DNA from: a virus
Taxonomy: Duplodnaviria > Caudoviricetes
Reading direction: 5' to 3' (one strand)
DNA: 50,988 nucleotides
Virus record (IMG/VR): IMGVR_UViG_3300028864_000007
Coordinates: 1 to 50,988 of that record
Position 1 is the first letter of the stretch, and every line of letters starts with the position of its first letter. Positions 17,794-28,946 of this stretch are shown here, piece by piece. The position numbers and the translations under genes were made by a program. The notes beneath the pieces are model-generated. The model worked only from the letters and a program-made list of their open reading frames with translations, had not been told where the DNA came from and did no database searches.

Positions 17794-20700
17794 ATGCCTC
17801 CCGAACTAAACCCGATAAGATACGCAGACATTGTCAGACCAGACAGTTCTATTAAGGATGCCATTTCGCAGCTTAAGCAGTTAAAAGGCATCTATGAGGA
17901 AACACTGGCTTCAATCTCAAGTTCGGCCACATCTTTTCAAACAAAACTTAGACCTGTTAGTGTAGGTATTAGTGAACAAAGAGAGGTAATTAAAAATACA
18001 GCCGAAGCTACAGACAATTTATTCGCATCATACAAAGCAGTATCGCAAGAAGTAATTGATGTTGATGCAAAAATTAAAGTTCTTAGCTCAAGTTTGGATA
18101 ATGTGACCAAACTGACTAAAGAACAGGCACTCGCACGTAAGTCATATTCTATCGCTGCACTCGCAGATGCTAAAGTTCAAACAGAAATTGCTAATAAAGA
18201 CCTTCTAAATGCTAAAACCTCTACAGAAGCATCAAAACAACTAACATTAGAATTGAACCGTCAAGTTCAAGCTAAGAAGTTAGATGTAATGGCTTCTAAA
18301 GAAAGTGAAAGAGCTACTAAGCAAGAAGAAACTTCTAAGAGAAGTATTATAAAAACTATTAAAGAAAAGGTTGCACAATCTATTGAAGAGATTGTTATTG
18401 CAAAAGAAGCTAAACAAATTGCTGCTTTAAATGCTGTAGTAACCAATAATAATGCAGATTCTTATAACAGGTTATCAGCTCAGTACAATCTAAACAAAAT
18501 CAACTTAAATAAGTATTCGCAAGAAGTTATTGCGAGTTCTAAATTTCTTAGCGCGCAACAGGAAGAGTCTAAACACCTCTACACTGAAATGAGTCGTTTG
18601 CAAGAAGTTACTGGTAAGCACACACTACAAGTTGGTAATTACAGACGCGCTTGGAATGGCTTAAGTGTAGCAACTTCACAAGTTGTAAGAGAATTACCGG
18701 CAGCAGCTATGGGAATGAATACATTCTTCTTAGCAATTTCCAACAACATTCCAATCTTGATGGATGAAATTCAAAATCTAAGACTGGAGAATAAAGCGCT
18801 TCAAGCTGAAGGCAAAGCTACTATAAGTGTTGGAAAGCAAATGTTAAAGTCATTACTCAGTTTCAATACAGTTATGGTAATATTGCTCACAGTATTTTCA
18901 ATGTTTGGCACTAAAATTGTAGCTTGGATAGAAGACCTTATTAAAGGTGATGCTGCTATTAAGAAATTAACTGCCTCACAAATGGGTCTTTTAACTTCTA
19001 CAGAAGCCATGCGTAAAGGCTTAAATGGTAGTGAGTATCAGAAAGCTGTAGAGGGTATTAATAAAATGTCTAGTGAACTTAAGAATGCTAAAGGTAATCA
19101 TGATTTAGAAAGGCAAGCTGTAGATGATTATAATAAGTCGCTAGGTATAACATTTGGCAAAGCAAAAGATGTTGACGGAGCACTAAAGTTAATTAGAGAC
19201 AATAAAGATGCATATATACAAGCTATGCAGGCTATGACATTTGCAAATGTATTCTTTGGTGTAAGTGCTGAAGACGCAGTCAAGCGAATGGATATAAACA
19301 TGAAAAGTCAAAAAGAACTGTTAAAAGATGCTGGTAAAGATGCTGAAAGTTTGCAAGGCCAATACTATGATTTAGGAGAAAGAATTAGGATAGCTACTCT
19401 TAAAGGTAAGAAAGAAAATGATAATGTACTAGTTGGAGAAGATACATTTACTGTTCAGCAGTTGATTGACAACAGGCAAATGTTAGCCAAGCAGATTATT
19501 AAAATTGAAACAGATGAGCGTAGACGTCAAACAAGTATAGTTGATAAGCACAGTGAAGAAGCATTAAAAAAAGCAGTAGAGTACAACACAGATTACACAA
19601 AAATATTCAAAGATAATAAGTGGACAACTACAGAATCATATGCAACTGGTAAAACTCCAGAAGAGAAAGCTACTGAAGCCGCTGAAAAAGCTTTAAGAGA
19701 AAAGTTATCGGCAGCTAAAGCAAACATGCAAATACAAAAAGAGTATTCGGCTAGCATAAATGCGTTAGAAGAAGACTCGTTGTTGCAGCAGAAGATTACA
19801 TTGAAAAATGCTCTTCAGGATGAAACTGATGAACTCATGGCAAAATATGTCTTAGATGCAAAACTCACTAAAGAAAGTAAAGCTCAAATAATTGATATTA
19901 TTGTTAATAAGCACAAAGCATTCAATGTTGCTATTGCTGATATTGACCTAAAAGAGCAGCAAAGAAAGTTATCAACTGAGCAAGAAACATTAAATCTGCA
20001 ACTTGATAAGTTAGTAGAAGGTACTAATGATTACTATGCAGTCAAAGCGCAACTTGTAGAAAATGCACGCAAGCAGGCACTTATTAAAAATAGACTTGCA
20101 ATCACAGCAGAACGTCAAGATGAGAAAGTTATAAATGCTGCATATGATAAGCAGATGCTTGACTTAATGACTAGTAAAAGTGATGCACAATTTGAGCAAT
20201 ACCAGAAGTATCAAGAAAGTGAGTTCAATTTGCTAAGACGTACAGAAGAAGAAAAGACAAAATTCAAACTTCAACAAGAACGTGACAGATATGTACGCCT
20301 ATTAGAACTTGCAAAAACTGGTGCAAAAGTATTATCACAAGTAGAAATAACTACTTACACGAACATGATTGCTGATATAAATAAGCAGTTAGCACAATTG
20401 AAGTCTGACAACTTTGATATTTACAAAATGCTTGGGTTAAAAGTAGATGATAATCAGAAAAAAGCGATATCACAATCAGTAAACATGGTTGTAGATAACC
20501 TCAAGAATATGTTCAGTGCAGAACAGGAACTTGCACAAAAAGCTGTAGATGTTGCAACAAATGCTACTGATGCAAAGAAAACAAGATTGCAAGAAGAAAT
20601 TGAAGCACGTAATAATGGTTATGCAAGTAATGTAGCATTAGCTGAGAAAGAACTTGCATCATCTAAGAAAGCGCAAGAAAAGGCTTTAAGAGAACAACAA

Positions 20701-21282
20701 AAATATCAAAAGGCACAAGAAACAATAGATACAATAAGTCAAACGTCAAGTTTAATTACAGCTTCTGCAAGTCTATGGAAAGCAATGGCCCCACTTGGTG
20801 GACTTGGCATAGGCTTAGCTATTGCAGGTATAGCAACTATGTTTGGAACATTCATCGAAGCAAAAGCAAAAGCCAGTCAACTATCCAAGACTCAAACAAA
20901 AGTATATGGTGAAGGTGGTACTGAAATGCTCAACGGCGGAAGTCACCAATCAGGTCATGATATAGATTTGGGTACAACGTCTGATGGCAAAAACAGAAGA
21001 GCCGAAGGTGGAGAAATGCTTGCAATCATAAATAAGAGAAATACAAGAAAATACAGGTCAACTATACCGGCAATCATAGATTCGTTAAACAGAGGTAATT
21101 TTGAACAAAAGTTTGCTTTGACTTCTGGCAATACTACATATGTCGAGTCACACAATACAGACTTAAGAATACTGGAAACAGAAGTTCAAAGTATACGTAG
21201 ACAAGGTGAACGTAAGTATATGTTTGATGCAAAAGGAAATGTTATAGAGGTATATAGAAATCTAACAAGACGGTACAAATGA
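17794..21282 (+). CDS. Tail tape measure protein
   Basis: 1162-aa Ala/Lys/Gln-rich helical protein with hydrophobic segments, VGNY motif and C-terminal GGSH..G...AEGGE motif. Confidence 0.9.
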   Translation: MPPELNPIRYADIVRPDSSIKDAISQLKQLKGIYEETLASISSSATSFQTKLRPVSVGISEQREVIKNTAEATDNLFASYKAVSQEVIDVDAKIKVLSSSLDNVTKLTKEQALARKSYSIAALADAKVQTEIANKDLLNAKTSTEASKQLTLELNRQVQAKKLDVMASKESERATKQEETSKRSIIKTIKEKVAQSIEEIVIAKEAKQIAALNAVVTNNNADSYNRLSAQYNLNKINLNKYSQEVIASSKFLSAQQEESKHLYTEMSRLQEVTGKHTLQVGNYRRAWNGLSVATSQVVRELPAAAMGMNTFFLAISNNIPILMDEIQNLRLENKALQAEGKATISVGKQMLKSLLSFNTVMVILLTVFSMFGTKIVAWIEDLIKGDAAIKKLTASQMGLLTSTEAMRKGLNGSEYQKAVEGINKMSSELKNAKGNHDLERQAVDDYNKSLGITFGKAKDVDGALKLIRDNKDAYIQAMQAMTFANVFFGVSAEDAVKRMDINMKSQKELLKDAGKDAESLQGQYYDLGERIRIATLKGKKENDNVLVGEDTFTVQQLIDNRQMLAKQIIKIETDERRRQTSIVDKHSEEALKKAVEYNTDYTKIFKDNKWTTTESYATGKTPEEKATEAAEKALREKLSAAKANMQIQKEYSASINALEEDSLLQQKITLKNALQDETDELMAKYVLDAKLTKESKAQIIDIIVNKHKAFNVAIADIDLKEQQRKLSTEQETLNLQLDKLVEGTNDYYAVKAQLVENARKQALIKNRLAITAERQDEKVINAAYDKQMLDLMTSKSDAQFEQYQKYQESEFNLLRRTEEEKTKFKLQQERDRYVRLLELAKTGAKVLSQVEITTYTNMIADINKQLAQLKSDNFDIYKMLGLKVDDNQKKAISQSVNMVVDNLKNMFSAEQELAQKAVDVATNATDAKKTRLQEEIEARNNGYASNVALAEKELASSKKAQEKALREQQKYQKAQETIDTISQTSSLITASASLWKAMAPLGGLGIGLAIAGIATMFGTFIEAKAKASQLSKTQTKVYGEGGTEMLNGGSHQSGHDIDLGTTSDGKNRRAEGGEMLAIINKRNTRKYRSTIPAIIDSLNRGNFEQKFALTSGNTTYVESHNTDLRILETEVQSIRRQGERKYMFDAKGNVIEVYRNLTRRYK

Positions 21283-23462
21283 TTATTAAGTACAGATTCT
21301 CAATTAATGGTATATCAGTCCATCCTATATACAAGGATGACCTGACAAAAACCTATGAAAAAGAGTCTGACCAAGTTTTCTTTAGACAGTCTTTGTCAGG
21401 TGCAATGTCTCTTATAAATGAAGATTTCGATTGGATTGACTCACAACCGTTCAATACTGAGTTTATATTATTGACCGAAAAAAGTGATGATAATGGCTTA
21501 AATTGGTCAGGCTATGTAGTTAGCTCATTCTATAAAACAGATTGTAAGTGGGATAGTGATAATAAGAAAGTAGAGATAAAAGTAAATGTACACGACTCAT
21601 ATACAAATGTACTTGCAGGACTTGATAAAGAATATAATCTTATAAAATTAGCACCTGAAATTAAACCTTTAACAATTCAAAAAAGGCCATTACTTCAATA
21701 TTATATACCTGGCCAAAGTTCATTGACGTGCTTTTTGTCTGGAATGTCATGGGAACAAGAAGTTAGTAACCCTGTAACTGACACAAATGCTTTAGCAAAT
21801 TTCTCATTTTCATTGAGTTCGCATTTACAAAGAAGCTCAATATCAAAATCACCACAGAATCCACCTACACCCACTATAGATGACCAAGAGTTTGTAAATA
21901 AATTTACATTTACTAGGCAAAATGCATGTGAATGGACATCACAAAATGGAGATTATAAATTGAAGTATGAACCTTATTTTTCAGATTCAAATCATACTCT
22001 TTATACTTTCGGGTTATACTTAGTTTCTACGAATACTAAACTTTTTGGTTGTTCAGGCGATACAATATATGCTAACCCAATAGGGACGCAATTTGCTATG
22101 TCTGCTGTTGGTGGGAGTGGTGCTACAGGCCAATACTTGATGCAGAACTTTACAGTAAATGTATATTCAAGGTATTTGTTAGATGTTACTAGTATTGCTG
22201 GTCAAAATACAACTCCTATTCTTGCTGATGATATTGTACCGAATAACAGGAACTACAAATACATGATAGGATATGCTATCGATTTATGTAGAATATCAAA
22301 TGAATTTCAGTCAGAACCAACTGAATATGGGTATGCTACAGAAGATGAATATTTTGTAAGACCTTACGACTCTCTATTTGGTAGACTATATTATCCACTT
22401 GCAAAATCAAGTTGGATTCTAAGTTCTTACTGGTTTAGATTTTTAGATTTTGACGAGTTATTAGAAGAAGAAGGTCGTAAAGCATATATGTTAAAAGACA
22501 CATTTCCAATACATTCAGTTATATCTGTTTTGTTAAATGAACTTGCACCAGATGTATTACATGAAGGTACAAGCGAGTATTCGCAATTCTTATATGGTGA
22601 AACTAATCCTATTTCAAACTGGCCATTTAGGCTGTTTATAAGTCCAAAATCTAATGTTACAAAAGGTGAGTATGACCAACCAGCAAGAAAAGCTCCAATA
22701 ACACTCGGTCAAGTACTAGATATGTTATCAGCAACATTAAAATGCAAATGGTTCATTGAAGATAGCAAATTGAAGATTGAACATATTTCCTATTTCAGAA
22801 ATGGAAATTCATATACAGAAGAACAGTCATGTGATTATGATTTAACTGAGTTGTATAACAGAAAAGTAAAAAAGAATTGGAATTACAAAACTAGTACCTG
22901 GGAATTTAATAAAAGTGAAATACCTGAAAGAATAGAGTTTTCATGGATGGACGAAGTTACAGATGCTTTCGCTGGTTATCCAATTGACATCATAAGTAAG
23001 TATGTAACAAGAGGAAATGTGCAAAGTGTTACTGTTACACAATTCACACCTGATATAGACTACATGCTTCTTAACCCTGAAAGCATAAACAATGACGGGT
23101 TTGCATTATTCGCTGCTACAGAGGTAACGCCACTTTCAGGCCAGTACGAATTGCCATTTATAACTAAACAGGTAGAAGAGCATAAATTTATAATGCAAAA
23201 CGGGATATTAAGTTGGATATACTTGCAACCGACATTTTATATGCATGACTTGCCAGCTAAAGAAGTTAAGGTTAACAAGGTAAATGAAAATGCATATGGC
23301 ATTTCACGTAACAAACAGCAGTCTATATCATTACCAAGCAACGATGATTTAGACGTTATGTCATTAATTAAAACAGATTTTGGGAATGGCCAAATTGAGA
23401 AGTTGCAAGTTAATTTGTCAAGTAGAATGAATGAAATAACTCTCGTGTATGATACAGAATAA
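21279..23462 (+). CDS. Tail tip / baseplate protein
   Basis: 727 aa, beta-rich, follows tape measure. Confidence 0.6.
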   Translation: MIIKYRFSINGISVHPIYKDDLTKTYEKESDQVFFRQSLSGAMSLINEDFDWIDSQPFNTEFILLTEKSDDNGLNWSGYVVSSFYKTDCKWDSDNKKVEIKVNVHDSYTNVLAGLDKEYNLIKLAPEIKPLTIQKRPLLQYYIPGQSSLTCFLSGMSWEQEVSNPVTDTNALANFSFSLSSHLQRSSISKSPQNPPTPTIDDQEFVNKFTFTRQNACEWTSQNGDYKLKYEPYFSDSNHTLYTFGLYLVSTNTKLFGCSGDTIYANPIGTQFAMSAVGGSGATGQYLMQNFTVNVYSRYLLDVTSIAGQNTTPILADDIVPNNRNYKYMIGYAIDLCRISNEFQSEPTEYGYATEDEYFVRPYDSLFGRLYYPLAKSSWILSSYWFRFLDFDELLEEEGRKAYMLKDTFPIHSVISVLLNELAPDVLHEGTSEYSQFLYGETNPISNWPFRLFISPKSNVTKGEYDQPARKAPITLGQVLDMLSATLKCKWFIEDSKLKIEHISYFRNGNSYTEEQSCDYDLTELYNRKVKKNWNYKTSTWEFNKSEIPERIEFSWMDEVTDAFAGYPIDIISKYVTRGNVQSVTVTQFTPDIDYMLLNPESINNDGFALFAATEVTPLSGQYELPFITKQVEEHKFIMQNGILSWIYLQPTFYMHDLPAKEVKVNKVNENAYGISRNKQQSISLPSNDDLDVMSLIKTDFGNGQIEKLQVNLSSRMNEITLVYDTE

Positions 23463-24306
23463 TAACCTCAGCATACTTCCATGGTACCCAAATGTATCAT
23501 TTCAGAATCATAGGAAGAGTTATTCGTATGGAGAAGTATTTCAATTACTTTCGCCTGACCGTAAGCTATTACCTTTTCAGATAGTACGACCAACACGTGA
23601 AAATGAAATAACTGATGTACATCTATATAACTTAGATGGTACATTATTCATGAATATAACTGATGCCATCAAAAGTACAGGTTTAAGCATAATAAGGTGT
23701 ATAAGTAAAGGATATGATATAATCAAGTATCCTGGTATACTGAGAATGGCTATCAATATGCCAGAAGGTTCATATTATGCATTAATTTGTGATGGCGCAG
23801 AAAATTGGTTTAGTGAGGTGTTTACTTGCAAACATGACTTATCTGGTGCATTAAAAATTGAATTTTGGGATTTTGATAACTTTGAGTATGATGGCGGAGA
23901 AATTGATTATACATCATTGTACCGTAATACTGTGTATTTGCAAACAGAAGTTGGACGACCAGATTATAACTTCGATGAAACTGGTGAAAAGAGAGATGGC
24001 TTATTCTTTGTAGAAAAACAAATAAGCGAAAAAGTATACAAGTTTACATTCTTAGTGCCAGAGTATTTATGTGATGCAATGAGAATAATAAGAATGCATG
24101 ACTATATACAAATAACTAGTAAAGGTGTGGCTTATACTCCAGATTCATTTTTGATAACTCCTAAATGGCAAGATGGTGGGTATATTGCATCTGTTGACTG
24201 CGAATTTGAATGTGCTACTATTATAAAGAAGATAGGTCGTGCTGTAGTTCAACCAACACCGATTGGTTCATTCAATAATGATTATAATGAAAGTTTCGAA
24301 CAATAA
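23449..24306 (+). CDS. Tail protein
   Basis: 285 aa in tail block; C-terminal GSFNNDYNESF motif. Confidence 0.6.
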   Translation: MIQNNNLSILPWYPNVSFQNHRKSYSYGEVFQLLSPDRKLLPFQIVRPTRENEITDVHLYNLDGTLFMNITDAIKSTGLSIIRCISKGYDIIKYPGILRMAINMPEGSYYALICDGAENWFSEVFTCKHDLSGALKIEFWDFDNFEYDGGEIDYTSLYRNTVYLQTEVGRPDYNFDETGEKRDGLFFVEKQISEKVYKFTFLVPEYLCDAMRIIRMHDYIQITSKGVAYTPDSFLITPKWQDGGYIASVDCEFECATIIKKIGRAVVQPTPIGSFNNDYNESFEQ

Positions 24307-24317
24307 CAACTGAATAT

Positions 24318-24914
24318 ATGAGCTGGTCAGTATTAAAAGATGCAGTAAATGCAATAATAAAAGAAAATGGTTCTGGTGAAATAACTGGTACTTTACTTCA
24401 ACAGGTATTAGGCAATATAATTGACACACTAGGCAAGAATAGGACTTTCGCTGGGTTTGCGACTACATCAACAAATCCAGGAATACAGGATGAAAATATA
24501 TTTTATATGGCCACTAGCATAGGGCTATACCCAAATTTTAGTGGTATAGAAATATTACGTAAAGGCTTGTATACAATATCATATTCTGAAGGTACCTGGA
24601 TAATGTCAAAACTATTTGATGATATCGACTTGCAAGGTATTAAAGGGGATACTGGCTTATCTGCATATGAGTCTTATGTAGCAACTACTGAGGATGAACC
24701 TATGCTGGCTGAACAGGAATGGTCTAATCCTATAAAAGGTGATGACGGACTATCAGCATATCAATCATATCTTGATACAACTGATGATGAGCCAGTAATG
24801 ACTGAGAAAGAATGGGCAAATCAAACAGGAAATATAAAGGATATACTAGATATACTAAATGGTGATTTAGAAGGGGATATACAGGAAATAATTGATAATA
24901 TGGAAGGTATATGA
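24318..24914 (+). CDS. Tail fibre adaptor-like protein
   Basis: N-terminal IKENGSGEITG motif; duplicated KGDxGLSAYxSYxxTTxDEP...EW repeat. Confidence 0.6.
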   Translation: MSWSVLKDAVNAIIKENGSGEITGTLLQQVLGNIIDTLGKNRTFAGFATTSTNPGIQDENIFYMATSIGLYPNFSGIEILRKGLYTISYSEGTWIMSKLFDDIDLQGIKGDTGLSAYESYVATTEDEPMLAEQEWSNPIKGDDGLSAYQSYLDTTDDEPVMTEKEWANQTGNIKDILDILNGDLEGDIQEIIDNMEGI

Positions 24915-26092
24915 GCTACAATGAGAGTTTAGGAGATATAAACAACTTCGTAACATATGTTAAAAGTTGTAAAAATAATATTGCTAGTGCACTTATTGAG
25001 AAAGGTGTAGGTGTATATGAAGGTGATAAACTTGATACTTTTGCAAGTAAAGTGTTAAGTATAACAGGTGGCAGTACAGAAACGATATTCCTAGTTGTTT
25101 ATAAAGACTATGACGATACAATTTTAAAGTCTCAACATGTGTTATTAAATGGAGATGTACTACCACCTACAGAGCCATCAAGAGAAATGTACAAATTTAC
25201 AGGTTGGGACAACTCATCATTGAATGTGCAAAGTGACATTATGATAACAGCCCAATATGTATATGCCCCGAATGCAGTAAAATTCCTAGACTTTACTGGC
25301 AAAGTAATAGATTTGCAATATGTTGAAACAGGTCAAGATGCAGTTACGCCATTAGTAGAATGGGAGAATTTAGTTTTAAATTCATGGAGCGATTACACTA
25401 ATATACAAGGGTGTAGAGTAATATTTCCTAGTGTAAGCCCATCATTTAATAAGTCTATTGTAAAAATTGTAATTGATAGTAGTACTGGGTTATCTCCTAC
25501 ATTTTATTACTGGTCAGCTACTGGCAGTGTAACTATAGACTTTGGTGATGGCAGCAATGTAATAGATAATAATCATGGTGATAGAAATGCCTCACATACA
25601 TACACTTCATATGGCACATATATTGTAACATTTAATACCACAGGTGAGGCTGTATTAGGTAAATCAGCAACATACCCAGGTCCACTTTTAAGTAGCAACT
25701 ATAAACAAGCAATCCGCTCATGCTATTGTGGTTCTTTACCTATTACACAGTACACATTATTAGATGGTATAAATGTTGATGGTATATTATTAAAAGATAC
25801 TGTTACACATTTAAGTAATAACAGTCTACAAGGGTGTACGTCATTAGAAAGTATAATCTTAAATAGTGGTATCACTTCTATAGAGCCATATGCATTGCAA
25901 GGGTGCTCATCATTGAAGTCTTTGATTCTAAGATGCTTATCAAAGGTAACGCTTTCTAACGTTAATGCAATTGATGGAGTTCATGTTGACTTTAAAATAT
26001 ATGTACCTGATACACTAGTAGATACATATAAAGTTGACCCAACTTGGTCGGTATTCTCGAATAAAATATATTCAATACTAGAAATTCAGTAA
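24911..26092 (+). CDS. Tail-associated protein with InlB-B/Flg_new-like repeats, PKD-like domain and BspA-type LRRs
   Basis: PSREMYKFTGW; IDFGDGS...SHTY; GCTSLESI and GCSSLKSL; C-terminal IYVPDTLVDTYK. Confidence 0.75.
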   Translation: MSYNESLGDINNFVTYVKSCKNNIASALIEKGVGVYEGDKLDTFASKVLSITGGSTETIFLVVYKDYDDTILKSQHVLLNGDVLPPTEPSREMYKFTGWDNSSLNVQSDIMITAQYVYAPNAVKFLDFTGKVIDLQYVETGQDAVTPLVEWENLVLNSWSDYTNIQGCRVIFPSVSPSFNKSIVKIVIDSSTGLSPTFYYWSATGSVTIDFGDGSNVIDNNHGDRNASHTYTSYGTYIVTFNTTGEAVLGKSATYPGPLLSSNYKQAIRSCYCGSLPITQYTLLDGINVDGILLKDTVTHLSNNSLQGCTSLESIILNSGITSIEPYALQGCSSLKSLILRCLSKVTLSNVNAIDGVHVDFKIYVPDTLVDTYKVDPTWSVFSNKIYSILEIQ

Positions 26093-26093
26093 T

Positions 26094-28256
26094 ATGACTA
26101 TAAGAAGTGCTAAACAGGTAATGCAGAATATGCTCGATAATGTAGATGCTATTATAGCAGCTATATCTAGTCTTGGTGTAAGCATTGATAGTGATTCAAA
26201 TTTTCCGCAAATTATATCAAAAATACAAAGTATAGCCATAGGTATACCAGAAAATACAATAAATGGTATTCTTGATATAATAAATGGTGAGGTTATAAAT
26301 GGAAACTATATAAATAAATCAACGGCTATATCTGATTCAAAAGAGAGTATACGGCAAGCTATTATTGCCAAAGGTGTAGAAATTCTAGAATCAGACCCAT
26401 TCTCTATCTATGATGAGGCTATAGGAATGATAGATACAGGTATCTCAGAGTCTACAATCGATACTATTTTAGATGGTATAAATGGTGAATCTGTAGCTGG
26501 TGGCTATGTTGAGAAATCAGATGCAATCAGTAGTTCAAAAGAGGATATAAGACAATCAATAATTTCAAAAGGCGGAACGTTAGATTCTAGTGTGCCATTA
26601 AAAGATTATAATGACGCTATTGATGCCATACCCTTAGGAGTTCCAGAAGCATCTATAGAAGTAGCTATTAACGATGTCAATGGAGAAGTAATTAGTGGAA
26701 ATTGGGAAGCTAAAATAGCATCAACATCCAGCTCAAAAGAATCTACAAGACAAGCTATTATCGCCAAGGGTGTTGCAGTAGCAGTTAATGTTCCCTTAAG
26801 TGGATACCCTGCAAAAGTTGCTGCTATTGCTCAAGGTATTCCAACTGTTACAGTTGAAGGATTATTGGATACTATCAACGGGGAAGTTATAAGTGGCAAC
26901 TACAATGCTAAAAATACAGTTACTCTTGCTTCAAAAGAAGCTACAAGGCAAGCTATTATTGCCAAGGGGGTTAACGTTCCTGTAGGAACAGCATTGAGTG
27001 GTTATCCAGCTAAGATTGCAGCCATTACTCCATCCTATGTGACCCCACGAAAGGTTGAAACCGTAGATTGGGATGGAGTAATTCTGAAATCAGAAGTGGT
27101 TGAAAATGGGACAAATGCAACTGCACCTTCAGGATTTGTAGTTGGGAGTGCACACCCCACAGAGTCAAGGTTGATATTCAGAGGCTGGAATGGTTCTTAT
27201 TCTAACATTACAGAGGATACAACAATACAACCAACTTATACTACAGACTCAGGAAAGACCTACATATTTGTTAATGTAAATTCAGGAACTGCTATTTACT
27301 CATCATTCAGAATACAAAAGAATTATGCGGATGCGGTGACGTTTTCTTGGAACGACGGAACAGCAGATACTGTAATAACGACAACTGGTTCTATTATAGT
27401 GCCTAGCCACTTTTGGTCAACCCCTGGGATAAAAGTAGTTACCATGACTGTTGCTGCAGGTAGAACTGTTGGATTGGGAATAGGGAATTCAACTAATCCA
27501 TTTATGGTGAGTGAGCCGACATCTTTGATAGGAATAATAATAGGAAGCTCTTGCACTTTAGGGGGATATTGTTTTAATAATTGCTGGGCCTTAAAGAAAG
27601 TTGTAATATCAGAAGGTATAACTCAGCTAGGTTCCTATTCATTCAATGAATGTGAAACGCTTGATAATTTGGCCATTCCAAATAGCATAACATCTTTACA
27701 AGGAAATGTATTTCCATATTGTTATTCTCTTAAATACATGGTGGTACCTGCATCAGTTACCACATTTCCTGCAAACTTTAATTCTTCTTGTTTAAGCTTG
27801 CAATACATCAAAGTAATGAATGATTCATGGACTCCAACGACAAACTATATCTTCAATACATTATCATCTTTAAGAAAATTGAGGCTACCATTTTCTGCGA
27901 TGTTGACTATAACGCAAAGTATGTTTTACGGATGTAGAGCTTTGAAAGGAGATTATGTATTTCCAAACGTCACCGACATTCAAAGTCAGGCCTTTTACCA
28001 AGCTTCGGGGTTAACATCTTTGGAATTTGGAGCAGGGCTACTTACAATCGGTTCAACTGCATTTGCATACGCTACAGGACTTGATTACATAATCTTTAGA
28101 AGTATAACCCCACCTACTTTAGGGCTTACAGCACTTTCCTCAGTTTCAAAGATAATAAAAATATATGTTCCTGATTCTTCAGTTGCGACATACAAAGCTG
28201 CTACTAATTGGACATCCTACTCAGATTTAATTTATCCTTTAAGTTCAAAACCATGA
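26094..28256 (+). CDS. Tail fibre / receptor-binding protein with N-terminal repeats and BspA-type LRRs
   Basis: Four INGE..GNY...SKE..RQAIIAKG-type repeats; LRR_5-like repeats; IYVPDSSVATYKAATNW. Confidence 0.8.
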   Translation: MTIRSAKQVMQNMLDNVDAIIAAISSLGVSIDSDSNFPQIISKIQSIAIGIPENTINGILDIINGEVINGNYINKSTAISDSKESIRQAIIAKGVEILESDPFSIYDEAIGMIDTGISESTIDTILDGINGESVAGGYVEKSDAISSSKEDIRQSIISKGGTLDSSVPLKDYNDAIDAIPLGVPEASIEVAINDVNGEVISGNWEAKIASTSSSKESTRQAIIAKGVAVAVNVPLSGYPAKVAAIAQGIPTVTVEGLLDTINGEVISGNYNAKNTVTLASKEATRQAIIAKGVNVPVGTALSGYPAKIAAITPSYVTPRKVETVDWDGVILKSEVVENGTNATAPSGFVVGSAHPTESRLIFRGWNGSYSNITEDTTIQPTYTTDSGKTYIFVNVNSGTAIYSSFRIQKNYADAVTFSWNDGTADTVITTTGSIIVPSHFWSTPGIKVVTMTVAAGRTVGLGIGNSTNPFMVSEPTSLIGIIIGSSCTLGGYCFNNCWALKKVVISEGITQLGSYSFNECETLDNLAIPNSITSLQGNVFPYCYSLKYMVVPASVTTFPANFNSSCLSLQYIKVMNDSWTPTTNYIFNTLSSLRKLRLPFSAMLTITQSMFYGCRALKGDYVFPNVTDIQSQAFYQASGLTSLEFGAGLLTIGSTAFAYATGLDYIIFRSITPPTLGLTALSSVSKIIKIYVPDSSVATYKAATNWTSYSDLIYPLSSKP

Positions 28257-28417
28257 CAATAAAAGCAACAGAGGGTAAAACCTTCAAAAGAATCCATGAT
28301 GGATTCATTATGGGAAGTGAGATAGCACTTGGTATTGATTATTCAACAGGAACTCCTAGAGAAGACAAGCCTGAGTACTATGAAGAGGCAGAAGAAATTA
28401 AAAGTGTAAACAAATAA
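28253..28417 (+). CDS. Small tail-fibre-associated protein
   Basis: Start MTIKATEGK (ATGA overlap); follows the LRR fibre. Confidence 0.6.
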   Translation: MTIKATEGKTFKRIHDGFIMGSEIALGIDYSTGTPREDKPEYYEEAEEIKSVNK

Positions 28418-28421
28418 TAAC

Positions 28422-28946
28422 ATGAATACTGAAATGGAGCGAATTTTTGTAGTACTTTGGATGACCTTTGGTTTATACATCATGGTCCTTGTGATGATTT
28501 TAACAGACCTTTGGTCAGGTGTACGTAAAGCTAAAAAGAAGAACATCATTCGTTCTTCATACGGATTTCGTAGGACGGTAGACAAAGTTGCAAAGTACTA
28601 CAACACTTTAATAGCATTATCAGTGATTGATGCTATGCAAATGGCTGGCGTATGGTATCTGGGCAAGTACTATGGATATAATATACCACTTATACCAATT
28701 ATCACAATGCTTGGTTCTATAGGTATAGGACTAATAGAATTGAAGTCAATATTTGAGAAAGCTGAAGATAAGGTTGAATATGACCGGCTACTACACCTAA
28801 CAGGCAAGATTATTGCTAACAAAGAAGACCTTGGTGAAGTTGCAAAGGTCATTGTAGACTATATGGATGACAAGACAAATAGTGTAGGATGCAAATATGA
28901 AGTTATGAATGACAGCAAATGTGGTAGTATAAAACAAAAAGAATAA
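28422..28946 (+). CDS. Holin (phage holin 4-like)
   Basis: Three TM segments; DLWSGVRKA...SYGFRRT..K...ELKSIFE; precedes lysozyme. Confidence 0.8.
   Translation: MNTEMERIFVVLWMTFGLYIMVLVMILTDLWSGVRKAKKKNIIRSSYGFRRTVDKVAKYYNTLIALSVIDAMQMAGVWYLGKYYGYNIPLIPIITMLGSIGIGLIELKSIFEKAEDKVEYDRLLHLTGKIIANKEDLGEVAKVIVDYMDDKTNSVGCKYEVMNDSKCGSIKQKE

Noticed and set aside
24911-28256. Diversity-generating retroelement or invertible fibre cassette
   Set aside because: No reverse transcriptase, recombinase or near-identical template/variable repeat pair seen
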